From: an uncultured Chloroflexia bacterium
GTDB lineage: Bacteria; Chloroflexota; Limnocylindria; Limnocylindrales; CSP1-4
Direction: 5' to 3'
Length of the DNA: 64,000 nucleotides
Assembly (NCBI GenBank): GCA_963748625.1
Contig: CAVVJT010000007.1
Location: 736,001-800,000, forward strand
Position 1 is the first letter of the stretch. Every line of letters begins with the position of its first letter. Below, one piece after another: positions 8,977-17,679 of this stretch. The notes below the pieces were generated by a model. That model was not told where the DNA came from. It did no database searches and was given only the letters and a program-made list of their open reading frames with translations. Position numbers and translations under genes: made by a program.

Positions 8977-11679
8977 TCAGACCAGCGGCGCGATGTCCGG
9001 CGGCGCGAGCAGGAGGTTGATGACCTCGGCCGTCCAGCCGGTCTGGTGCATGGCGCCCAGGCCAGCGCCGGTCTCACCGTGCAGGTACTCCGGGAACCAC
9101 AGCAGGTCCCGCCACGCGGGGTCGGCGTTGACCAGTGGGTTGTCGCCGTGCACGGGGCGCCGCCCATCGGGGCCGGGCAGCCAGAGGGAGATCAGCCGCT
9201 CGGAGAGGTCGCTGGCGATCTCGGCGAGCGTGAGGTGGTGGCCCGACCCGGTGGGGTATTCCACGGTGAAGTCATCGCCCAGGAACCGGTGGTAGCGCAC
9301 CAGCGCCGGGATGATCATCACGTTGAGCGGCATCCAGACCGGCCCGCGCCAGTTGGAGTTGCCGCCGTACATGCCGGTGCGTCCCTCGGCCGGCTCGTAC
9401 TCGATCCTCGCCTCCGGGTAGCCCGGGACCTCGTACGGGACCTGGTGCTTCTTGGACAGCGACCGGAGACCGTGCGGCGAGAGGAAGCCGTCCTCGTCGA
9501 ACAGCGACGCGAGCGCCTCGCGCAGCTCGGCTGGGCTGAGCACCGACAGCAGGATCCGGTCCCCGCCCGGCGCAAACCGCACGTGCTGGGAGCGGGCGTT
9601 GTCCGTGCCGCGGTCAAGGAGCCGGTTGAACCGGTGGCGGAGGCGCCGCGCCTGGTCCGCGTCGGCTGTGCGCAGGACCACCGCCGGCAGGAGCGCGATG
9701 GCCCCCACGAGCGTCTGCACGCGGATCGGGATGGATCCATCGGGCGTCTCGAGGCGGTCGTAGAACCAGCCGTCGTCCGGGTCGCGCAGGCCGGTCCGCT
9801 CGATCGCCTCCGTGATGAGCAGGTACTGCTCCACGAACTTGACGACCATGTCCTCGTAGACCGGGTTGTGCTCAGCGAGCACGCGTGCCATGGCCAGCAT
9901 CGTGAGCGTGTACATCGCCATCCATGCCGTGCCATCCGCCTGGGAGAGGCGCACGCCGGGCGGAAGGGATGACCGGTCGATGGGGCTGATGTTGTCCAGG
10001 CCGAGGAACCCGCCGCCGAAGACGTTGTTGCCGTCGGGGTCCTGGCGGTTCAGCCACCACGTGAAGTTGAGCAGCAGCTTCTGGAAGACCCGCTCGGCGA
10101 ACTCAAGGTCGGTTCCGCCGTCGATCTTGAACACGCGGGCCGCGGCGTTGGCGTGGACGGGCGGGTTGACGTCGTCGAAGTTCCACTCGTAGGCGGGCAG
10201 GGCGCCGTTGGGGTGCATGAACCACTCGCGCAGCAGCACGAGCAGCTGGTACTTCGCGAACGCCGGGTCGAGGTGCGCCCATGCCACGGCGTGGAACGCG
10301 AGGTCCCAGGCCGCGAACCACGGGTACTCCCACGGGTCGGGCATGGCGAGGATGTCGTGCGCGTCGAGGTTGCGCCAGTGTGCGTTCCGCCCTGACGCAT
10401 GGCCGGGTGGCGGCTTCGGCATCGCCGGGTCACCGTCCAGCCATTCGGCGACCTTGTACGGATAGAACTGCTTGCTCCAGATCAGGCCCGCGGACGCCTG
10501 GCGGAGGATGCGCATGCGCTCATCGTCCAGGCGGCCGCCGGCCAGCGCACCGTAGAACTCGTCGGCGTCGGCCTGGCGCTTCGCGACGGTGTCGGTGAAG
10601 CGGGTGCCCGCCCAGGCTGCAGGGACTGCCGGCGCTGCGGGCGCGAGGGCACCACCGCCGCTGCCTTCATGCGCGCCGGACGCGCGGTGCAGCCGGAGCC
10701 GCAGCTGCGTGCGGCCGCCACCGGGCACGGTGGCCTGGTACCACCAAGCGGCCTTCGAGCCCGTCATCGCCGGGTTCACCGTGGACGCGCCCGCGACCAC
10801 GTGGTCGTTGATGCCGTCCTTGGGGAACGGCGTGACGGACGGGCTCCCGTACAGGCGGGCGGCGTTCGTCTCGTTGTCGCAGAACACCGCAGCGGGCATG
10901 CCACCGTCACCGGGGAGCGGTGCCGCTTCCAGGCGGTATCCGGTGAGGCCCGGGTGATGGACCGTGATCGCGTCGCCGTCCAGCGCGAGCGACGGGACCC
11001 CCGCGGAGCCCGACCAGCGCCACGCGTTGTGGAACCAGAGCGTGGGCAGGACATGCAGCGTGGCCTCGTCCGGACCCTGATTGACAATGTCCACCTGGCA
11101 CAGGATCTCGGTGGGCGACGCCTTCGCGTACGTCACCTCCACGATCCAGTAGCGGCCGTCGTCGAAGACACCCGTGTCCTGGAGCTCGTACTCGGGCTGC
11201 AGCCGGTCGCGGCGGCCGTTCTCGGCAACGAGGTCCGCGTACGGGAACTCCGCCTGCGGATAGTGATAGCGCCACCGGAGCAGGGCATGGCTGGGCAGGC
11301 CCTCGAGGTACCACCAGCACTCCTTGACGTCCTCGCCGTGGTTGCCCTCGGGGCCGGTGAGGCCGAACATCCGCTCCTTGAGGATCGGGTCCCGGCCGTT
11401 CCAGAGCGCGAGGGCCAGGCACAGCTGGTGGCGGATGTCGGAGATCCCGGCCATGCCGTCCTCGTTCCAGCGGTAGGCGCGGGATCGGGCGTGGTCGTGC
11501 GGGAAGGAAGCCCAGGCGTTGCCGTCGGCGCTGTAGTCCTCGCGCACCGTGCCCCAGGCACGCTCCGAGAGGTACGGACCCCACTCGTACCAGTGGTTGG
11601 CGTCGAACAGGCCGTCCTCAGCCCTGCCCGTCGCCTCCGCCAGGCGGCGGTGCTCTGCGGTGTCGTGCGGCAGGCTCAC
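8977..11679 (-). CDS. MGH1-like glycoside hydrolase (GH63-like glucosidase)
   Basis: WGPYLSERAWGTVREDYS, MPDPWEYPWFAAWD, GGNSNWRGPVW and HQTGWT motifs. Confidence 0.9.
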   Translation of the reverse strand: MSLPHDTAEHRRLAEATGRAEDGLFDANHWYEWGPYLSERAWGTVREDYSADGNAWASFPHDHARSRAYRWNEDGMAGISDIRHQLCLALALWNGRDPILKERMFGLTGPEGNHGEDVKECWWYLEGLPSHALLRWRYHYPQAEFPYADLVAENGRRDRLQPEYELQDTGVFDDGRYWIVEVTYAKASPTEILCQVDIVNQGPDEATLHVLPTLWFHNAWRWSGSAGVPSLALDGDAITVHHPGLTGYRLEAAPLPGDGGMPAAVFCDNETNAARLYGSPSVTPFPKDGINDHVVAGASTVNPAMTGSKAAWWYQATVPGGGRTQLRLRLHRASGAHEGSGGGALAPAAPAVPAAWAGTRFTDTVAKRQADADEFYGALAGGRLDDERMRILRQASAGLIWSKQFYPYKVAEWLDGDPAMPKPPPGHASGRNAHWRNLDAHDILAMPDPWEYPWFAAWDLAFHAVAWAHLDPAFAKYQLLVLLREWFMHPNGALPAYEWNFDDVNPPVHANAAARVFKIDGGTDLEFAERVFQKLLLNFTWWLNRQDPDGNNVFGGGFLGLDNISPIDRSSLPPGVRLSQADGTAWMAMYTLTMLAMARVLAEHNPVYEDMVVKFVEQYLLITEAIERTGLRDPDDGWFYDRLETPDGSIPIRVQTLVGAIALLPAVVLRTADADQARRLRHRFNRLLDRGTDNARSQHVRFAPGGDRILLSVLSPAELREALASLFDEDGFLSPHGLRSLSKKHQVPYEVPGYPEARIEYEPAEGRTGMYGGNSNWRGPVWMPLNVMIIPALVRYHRFLGDDFTVEYPTGSGHHLTLAEIASDLSERLISLWLPGPDGRRPVHGDNPLVNADPAWRDLLWFPEYLHGETGAGLGAMHQTGWTAEVINLLLAPPDIAPLV

Positions 11680-13181
11680 AGGGTCTCCTCGCGCTGGTCA
11701 TCCGGGACAGGACGGATCGAGAACAGGTGTGATCCCCAGGCGGGGAGCTCGACGTAGAGCCCGTCGAGCAGGGCGTCGGCGTCGCGCTGGTAGGTGGTGT
11801 CATGGACGGGGTCGTGGAGCTCGAGGGTGGACCCGCGGAGGGACGTCCACGCTGCGGGCGCGACGACGTGGCCCGCGGCGGGCGCGTCACCGAGGTTGAC
11901 GACGATCAGCCAGCGCTCACGAGCGTCCGCGGCCTCCCAGGACCAGGCGACCAGCTGCGCCCAGTGTTCGTTGCCCGGCCAGCCGGAACGATGGCACAGC
12001 GACCAGCTGCCGCCCCGGAGCGCCGGATCGCCGACCACCGCGAGCAGGCGCCGGTACCAGGCCGCCAGGTCCTGGTCCTGTGCCTCGTGCGGGAAGCGCC
12101 CAAGGAACACGGGCAGCCGGACGCGACGGCCCTCGAGCTGGCCGTCGTGGACGAGCCGCCAGCCGGGCTGCGTCAGCGAGACCACGGCCGCCGCCCGGTG
12201 CTGTTCGGGCGTGAACACGGACGCGGCGCGCGGCTCGTCGTGGTTCTCGATGAACCTGACCAGGTGGTGCTGGTAGTCCAGGTCGGCGCAGAGATGGAGC
12301 CGCACCGGCTCCGCGTCGCCGGAGCGCAGCCGGTCGTAGAGGCGCTTGTCATAGCAGGCGTCGAAACCCAGCCGCTGGAGCCGCCACTCGAGGTCCCAGT
12401 AGGCCTCGGCGATGAAGACCGCGTCCGGATGGGCGACCCGGGCAGCGTCGAGAACGTCCGTCCAGTACTCAGTCTGGGGGGTCGGCCCGACCCGGTCGCC
12501 CCACGTGCCCGCGAACACGTCGTTGAGCATGAGCATGGCCATGTCGGCGCGGACGCCGTCGCACTGGTCGAGGATGCCGATCAGTGTCGCCGCGGCGGCC
12601 TCGCGCAGCGCCGGCGAGAACGCGTCGACCTGGACGACGTCGTGCCAGGCGGGGAAGTACGGGTCCCGCCCGCAGGCGAGCACGCGTTCGCCCACGCGCA
12701 CGAAGGATGCGGGATCGCGGGCGAAGTCCTCCGCGGAGCCCTCGATACAGCGGCCCTGCGGGTCCAGTGCCCAGGCGTGATCGGGCGCGACATGGTTGGG
12801 CACGAAGTCGAGGAGCAGCCGGATCCCGCGCTCGGCGAGCGCGCGGCGGGCATGGGCGAGGCCGGCCGGTCCACCGAGGCGGTCGTCGACGGTGTACTCG
12901 CGGATGCAGTAGGCACTGCCCACCACGTCGGCGTCCCCCAGGTCCGGCAGTGCCTCCCGGAAGCCCGCCACGGTCGCGGGGTTCGCCAGCGCATCGGCCG
13001 TCCCCGCCGGGCTGCGGCGCCATACGCCCATCAGCCAGACGATGTCGGCGCCGGTTGCGGCGACCTCGTCCCACGTCGCCGCCGGGACGTCGCCAAGCGT
13101 CAGGTCCCGCCCAGCCGCCCGCGCCAGCCGGTCGAGCCACGGCGAGGTGTTGATCTCGTACAGCAGCGGGTTCGCGGACAT
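11676..13181 (-). CDS. Alpha-amylase family (GH13) glycoside hydrolase
   Basis: LYEINT, LDFVPNH, DGVRADMAM (nucleophile), FIAEAYW (acid/base) and FIENHDE motifs. Confidence 0.9.
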   Translation of the reverse strand: MSANPLLYEINTSPWLDRLARAAGRDLTLGDVPAATWDEVAATGADIVWLMGVWRRSPAGTADALANPATVAGFREALPDLGDADVVGSAYCIREYTVDDRLGGPAGLAHARRALAERGIRLLLDFVPNHVAPDHAWALDPQGRCIEGSAEDFARDPASFVRVGERVLACGRDPYFPAWHDVVQVDAFSPALREAAAATLIGILDQCDGVRADMAMLMLNDVFAGTWGDRVGPTPQTEYWTDVLDAARVAHPDAVFIAEAYWDLEWRLQRLGFDACYDKRLYDRLRSGDAEPVRLHLCADLDYQHHLVRFIENHDEPRAASVFTPEQHRAAAVVSLTQPGWRLVHDGQLEGRRVRLPVFLGRFPHEAQDQDLAAWYRRLLAVVGDPALRGGSWSLCHRSGWPGNEHWAQLVAWSWEAADARERWLIVVNLGDAPAAGHVVAPAAWTSLRGSTLELHDPVHDTTYQRDADALLDGLYVELPAWGSHLFSIRPVPDDQREETL

Positions 13182-13379
13182 GCCTGGCACTCGGCGGCGG
13201 AGGGCGGGTGGAACGGTCGGGTTGCCCCACGCCGACCCTACGACCCGGGGCGGGTCCCGGCATCGCCCATCGCGCGTGATGTCCCGGCGGCGCCGGTCCG
13301 GCAGAGTCGTACACAACGTCCACTTGCGCGGGAAGCCGGCGTCCGCTGCCCCGTTGCTCCACCGCGGAGACCTGCCTCC

Positions 13380-14799
13380 ATGACATCACCTGCCCGCACC
13401 CCACCCGGCACGACCGCCGACGCCCTGGTGATCTTCGGCATCACCGGCGACCTGGCCCGGGTCATGACGTTCCGTTCCCTCTACCGTCTCGAGCGGCGTG
13501 GGCTGCTCGACTGCCCGGTCGTCGGCGTCGCGTCCCGCCCGTGGACGATCGAGCAGCTCGTGGAGCATGCACGGACGGCGATCATCGCCACAGGCGAGCC
13601 GCTTGACGAGGCGGTCTTCGCGCGCCTGGTCGCCCGCCTCTCGTACCTCTCGGGCAACTTCGAGGATCCCGACACGTACCTGCGGCTGCGCCGGGCGACC
13701 CGCGGTGCCGTTCGCCCGGTCCACTACCTCGAGATCCCGCCTGCATTGTTCGGGACGGTCGTGCGCGGGCTGTCGGAAGCGGGTCTGACCACGGGTGCCC
13801 GGATCATCATCGAGAAGCCGTTCGGGACGGACCTGGCATCCGCGAAGGCCCTCGCGGCGGAGCTCCACCAGTACCTGGACGAGTCGCAGATCTACCGGGT
13901 GGACCACTACCTGGGGAAGATGGGCCTCGAGGAGATCCTGTTCCTGCGCTTCGCGAACACGATGCTGGAGCCGGTGTGGAACCGCAACTACATCGCAGTG
14001 CGTGCAGATCACGATGGCCGAGGATTTCGGCGTCGAGATGCGCGGGAAGTTCTACGACCCGGTCGGCGCCCTGCGCGATGTCGTCGTGAACCACCTGATG
14101 CAGGTCGTGGCGATGGCCGCCATGGAGGCACCGGCCGGGGGCGACCCGGAGACGCTGCGAACGGCGATCACGACGGTCTTCAAGTCCATCAAGACGGCGG
14201 ACCCGGCGAGGTACGTGCGCGGCCAGTACGACGGGTACCAGTCGATCACCGGTGTGGCCGCAGGCTCCACCACCGAGACCTACGCGGCCATGACGCTCGA
14301 GATCGAGAACTGGCGCTGGTCAGGCGTCCCCTTCCACATCCGGACGGGCAAGCGCCTGCCGGTCACGCAGACCGAGCTGCGGCTCGTGTTCAAGGAGTCC
14401 CCCCGCCTGGGCTTCGGGATCCGTACGGAGCACAACCAGCCGGACCAGCTGGTCCTCCGGATGGATCCGTCCACCGGGGTGAGGCTCATCCTCAACGCGA
14501 AGCGTGCGGACACCCCCACGCCGGACTCGATCGGCCTCGACATGACGTTCGCCGACGAGGGCGGCGAGGGTGCCACCCCGTACGAGGTGCTGCTGCTGGC
14601 CGCGATGCGCGGGGGCAGCGCGCGCTTCGCCCGGCAGGACGGGATCGAGGAGGCGTGGCGGGTCTTCGGACCGCTGATCGACAACCCTCCTCCCGTCCTG
14701 TCATACGCTCCCGGCTCCTGGGGCCCGGAGGCCGCGGATGCCCTCATCGCCGCCAACGGCGGCTGGCGAGAGCCGTGGATCCCGGAGCCCGTCCGGTAG
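13380..14799 (+). CDS. zwf: Glucose-6-phosphate dehydrogenase (frameshift near 14000)
   Basis: [14 protein letters not shown] and RVDHYLGK in one frame; [22 protein letters not shown] and YAPGSWGP in the next frame. Confidence 0.9.
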
Positions 14800-14846
14800 C
14801 GGTCGTCAAGTCTCCAATCACCCTGGACCATCGAGAGGTACCCGTC

Positions 14847-16535
14847 ATGAAGGTCATCATCGTCGGCGGCGTCGCGGGGGGTGCCTCGTGTGCGGCGCGT
14901 CTCCGCAGGCTGGACGAGCAGGCCGAGATCCTCGTCGTCGAGCGCGGCCCGCACATCTCGTACGCGAACTGCGGGCTGCCCTACTACGTCGGCGGCGTGA
15001 TCAAGCGCGAGTCGAGCCTTGTCCTTGCGGATGCAGCGCTGTTCAAGGCCAGCCTGGACGTGGAGGTGCGGACGCGCTGCGAGGCGATGTCGATCTCACC
15101 CGACGCGAAGACGATCGACCTGCGCAACACGGAGACCGGCGAGGTCACGACCGAGCACTACGACAAGCTGGTGCTCTCGCCGGGTGCCACGCCCGTCCGG
15201 CCGGACCTGCCGGGCATCGACCTACCGGGCGTGTTCACCGTCCGCACCGTGCCGGACGTCCATGCGATCAAGGAGTGGCTCGAGGGCAACATCGCCGAGC
15301 CGTCGGGCCTGGACACCTACACCGGCAACCAGACGGTCATGCCCGCACGGCGCGCGGTGGTGGTGGGCGGCGGGTTCATCGGCCTGGAGATGGCGGAGAA
15401 CCTTGTGCACCTGGGCCTCGCGGTGACCCTCGTCCAGCGCGGCGGCCAGCTGATGTCGCCGATGGACCCGGAGATGGCCCGCTACGTGGCGCGCCACGTC
15501 GAGCGCAACGGCGTCCACGTGGCGCTGAACGAGGACGTGACGGGCTTCCGGCCCGCCGAGCACGGCTCGCTCGAGGTCCTCACGGCGTCCGGCAAGGCGA
15601 TCCCGGCCGACATCGTCGTGATGGGCATCGGCGTCCGGCCGGAGACGACGCTGGCGAAGACGGCAGGCATCGCCATCGGCGAGCGCGGCGGCATCCTGGT
15701 CGACGAGCACCAGCGCACGAACGTGCCCGACATCTTCGCCGTGGGTGATGCCGTCGAGGTCCGGGACCACGTCACCGGCGCCCAGTCGCTCGTGGCGCTC
15801 GCGGGACCGGCGAACCGCCAGGGCCGGATCGCGGCCGACGTGATCGCAGGGCGGGACTCCTCCTTCCGCGGCACGCAGGGCACGGCGATCGTGGGGCTCT
15901 TCGGCGGGGCTGCCGGCTGGACCGGCGCGAGCGAGAAGGCGCTCCGCCGCGCCGGCGACACCGACTACGAGAAGATCTACCTCTTCCCCAACTCGCATGC
16001 GGGCTACTACCCGGGCGCACAGTTCCTCGCCATGAAGGTGCTGTTCCGCAAGTCCGACGGGCGTCTGCTGGGCGCCCAGGCCGTGGGCCTCGACGGCGTC
16101 GACAAGCGGATCGACGTCTTCGCCATGGCGCTCCAGATGGGCGGCACGGTCTACGACCTCGAGGAGGCCGAGCTCACCTATGCCCCCCAGTTCGGCAGCG
16201 CGAAGTCACCGGTGAACTTCGCCGGCATGGTGGCCGCCAACGTCCTGCGCGACGACATGCCGGTGACCCACTGGAGCGCCGGCGGCGATGCCTTCCTGCT
16301 CGATGTGCGCGCACCAGCGGAGCTGGCGGTGGAGCACGTCGATGGCGCGGTCAACATCCCGCTGGCCCAGCTGCGGGCCCGGCTGGACGAGCTGCCGCGC
16401 GATCGCGAGATCCACGTGATCTGCCGGTCCGGGCAGCGCGCCTACTACGCGACCCGGGTCCTGCTCCAGGCCGGCCTCCGGGCACGGGTCCTGTCGGGCG
16501 GAATGCTGGCACGGGAGGCGCAGCTGCCAGGCTAG
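14847..16535 (+). CDS. CoA-disulfide/persulfide reductase-like flavoprotein with C-terminal rhodanese domain
   Basis: GGVAGG FAD motif, SYANCGLPY redox Cys, GGGFIG NAD(P)H motif, HAGYYPGA, YAPQF, and C-terminal LDVR...ICRSGQR. Confidence 0.9.
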   Translation: MKVIIVGGVAGGASCAARLRRLDEQAEILVVERGPHISYANCGLPYYVGGVIKRESSLVLADAALFKASLDVEVRTRCEAMSISPDAKTIDLRNTETGEVTTEHYDKLVLSPGATPVRPDLPGIDLPGVFTVRTVPDVHAIKEWLEGNIAEPSGLDTYTGNQTVMPARRAVVVGGGFIGLEMAENLVHLGLAVTLVQRGGQLMSPMDPEMARYVARHVERNGVHVALNEDVTGFRPAEHGSLEVLTASGKAIPADIVVMGIGVRPETTLAKTAGIAIGERGGILVDEHQRTNVPDIFAVGDAVEVRDHVTGAQSLVALAGPANRQGRIAADVIAGRDSSFRGTQGTAIVGLFGGAAGWTGASEKALRRAGDTDYEKIYLFPNSHAGYYPGAQFLAMKVLFRKSDGRLLGAQAVGLDGVDKRIDVFAMALQMGGTVYDLEEAELTYAPQFGSAKSPVNFAGMVAANVLRDDMPVTHWSAGGDAFLLDVRAPAELAVEHVDGAVNIPLAQLRARLDELPRDREIHVICRSGQRAYYATRVLLQAGLRARVLSGGMLAREAQLPG

Positions 16536-16658
16536 CGTCCCGATCCACTGCTCGCCCGCGGGTTGGGGACGGGCTGCCGGGAGGTCCTCGCCGCCCCGCC
16601 GGGGGGACACGCCTCCATCCCCCAGCCATGGGGCGAAACGGGTCTGGGGCACAAATGG

Positions 16659-16686
16659 GCGGGCGCCCCCGCGAGGGAGCGCCCGC
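16659..16686 (-). terminator. GC hairpin between convergent genes, probable terminator
   Basis: gcgggcgccccc-gcga-gggagcgcccgc stem-loop just downstream of the ppk2 stop. Confidence 0.5.
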
Positions 16687-16726
16687 TTCCGTTTGCACGT
16701 GTGCCGGCGGCGAGGCCCCCGGTTGA

Positions 16727-17647
16727 TCAGAACGGCGTGGGGATGTGGCGCAGCGGATGGGCCGGCGACTCGGGGGTCACGGCGACCTTGCGCTTGGGCA
16801 GCTTGACGGGCTTCTGCTCCAGCGGGGTGTAGGGGATCACGCTCAGCAGGTGGCTGATGATGTTCAACCGGCCCCGCTCCTTGTCGTCCGTGCTGGCGAT
16901 GTGCCACGGCGCCCAGGCCGTGTCGGTCGCCGCCAGCATCGCGTCGCGCGCCTCGCTGTAGTCGTCCCAGCGGGTGTACGACTTGACGTCCATGGGCGTC
17001 AGCTTCCAGACCTTGCGCGGGTCGTTGATCCGGCCCTCCAGGCGGCGGGTCTGCTCGTCGGGGCTGACCTCCAGCCAGTACTTGATCAGGATGATCCCGT
17101 TGTCGACCATGGCCTTCTCGACCGCGGGCGTTTGCTCGAGGAACCGCTCCACCTGTTCGGGGGTGGCGAAGCCCATGACCCGTTCCACGCCCGCGCGGTT
17201 GTACCAGCTGCGATCGAAGATCACGACCTCGCCGGCGGCCGGGAAGTGCGTCATGTAGCGCTGGACGTACATCTGCGACTTCTCGCGGTCGGTCGGCGCG
17301 GGGAGCGCCACGACCCTGAACACGCGGGGGCTCACCCGCTCGGTGATGCGCTTGATGACGCCGCCCTTGCCGGCCGTGTCGCGGCCCTCGAAGACGACGC
17401 AGACCTTGGCACCGGTTGCCTTGACCCATTCCTGGAGCGCGACAAGCTCGCCGTGGAGGCGGCGCATCTCGCGCTCGTACTGCTTCGTTGAGAGCTTCTT
17501 GGGACCGGCGGGGGCGACCTCGCCGGCGGCCTCGGGTGCGTCGGGTGCGTCGGGTGCGTCGGTCGTCGCGGCGACGGCCTCGGGGGTCTCGGCGGACGCT
17601 TCGGACGCCCTGGCGGCCTTCTTGTCCTTCTTCTTGCTCACGATCAT
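16727..17647 (-). CDS. ppk2: Polyphosphate kinase 2
   Basis: FEGRDTAGKGG Walker A, FDRSWYNRAGVERVMGF, PRKVWKL, TDTAWAPW. Confidence 0.95.
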   Translation of the reverse strand: MIVSKKKDKKAARASEASAETPEAVAATTDAPDAPDAPEAAGEVAPAGPKKLSTKQYEREMRRLHGELVALQEWVKATGAKVCVVFEGRDTAGKGGVIKRITERVSPRVFRVVALPAPTDREKSQMYVQRYMTHFPAAGEVVIFDRSWYNRAGVERVMGFATPEQVERFLEQTPAVEKAMVDNGIILIKYWLEVSPDEQTRRLEGRINDPRKVWKLTPMDVKSYTRWDDYSEARDAMLAATDTAWAPWHIASTDDKERGRLNIISHLLSVIPYTPLEQKPVKLPKRKVAVTPESPAHPLRHIPTPF

Positions 17648-17679
17648 GTCCTCTTGCGCTGGTGCGGTGTGATTGACGG

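Noticed and set aside
11802-16535. 1577-aa ORF suggesting a G6PDH-CoA-disulfide reductase fusion
   Set aside because: It is an artefact. The 5' part is antisense to the GH13 gene, and the +1 frameshift in zwf puts its N-half in frame with the reductase through an out-of-frame stretch. The reductase has its own RBS and ATG at 14847.
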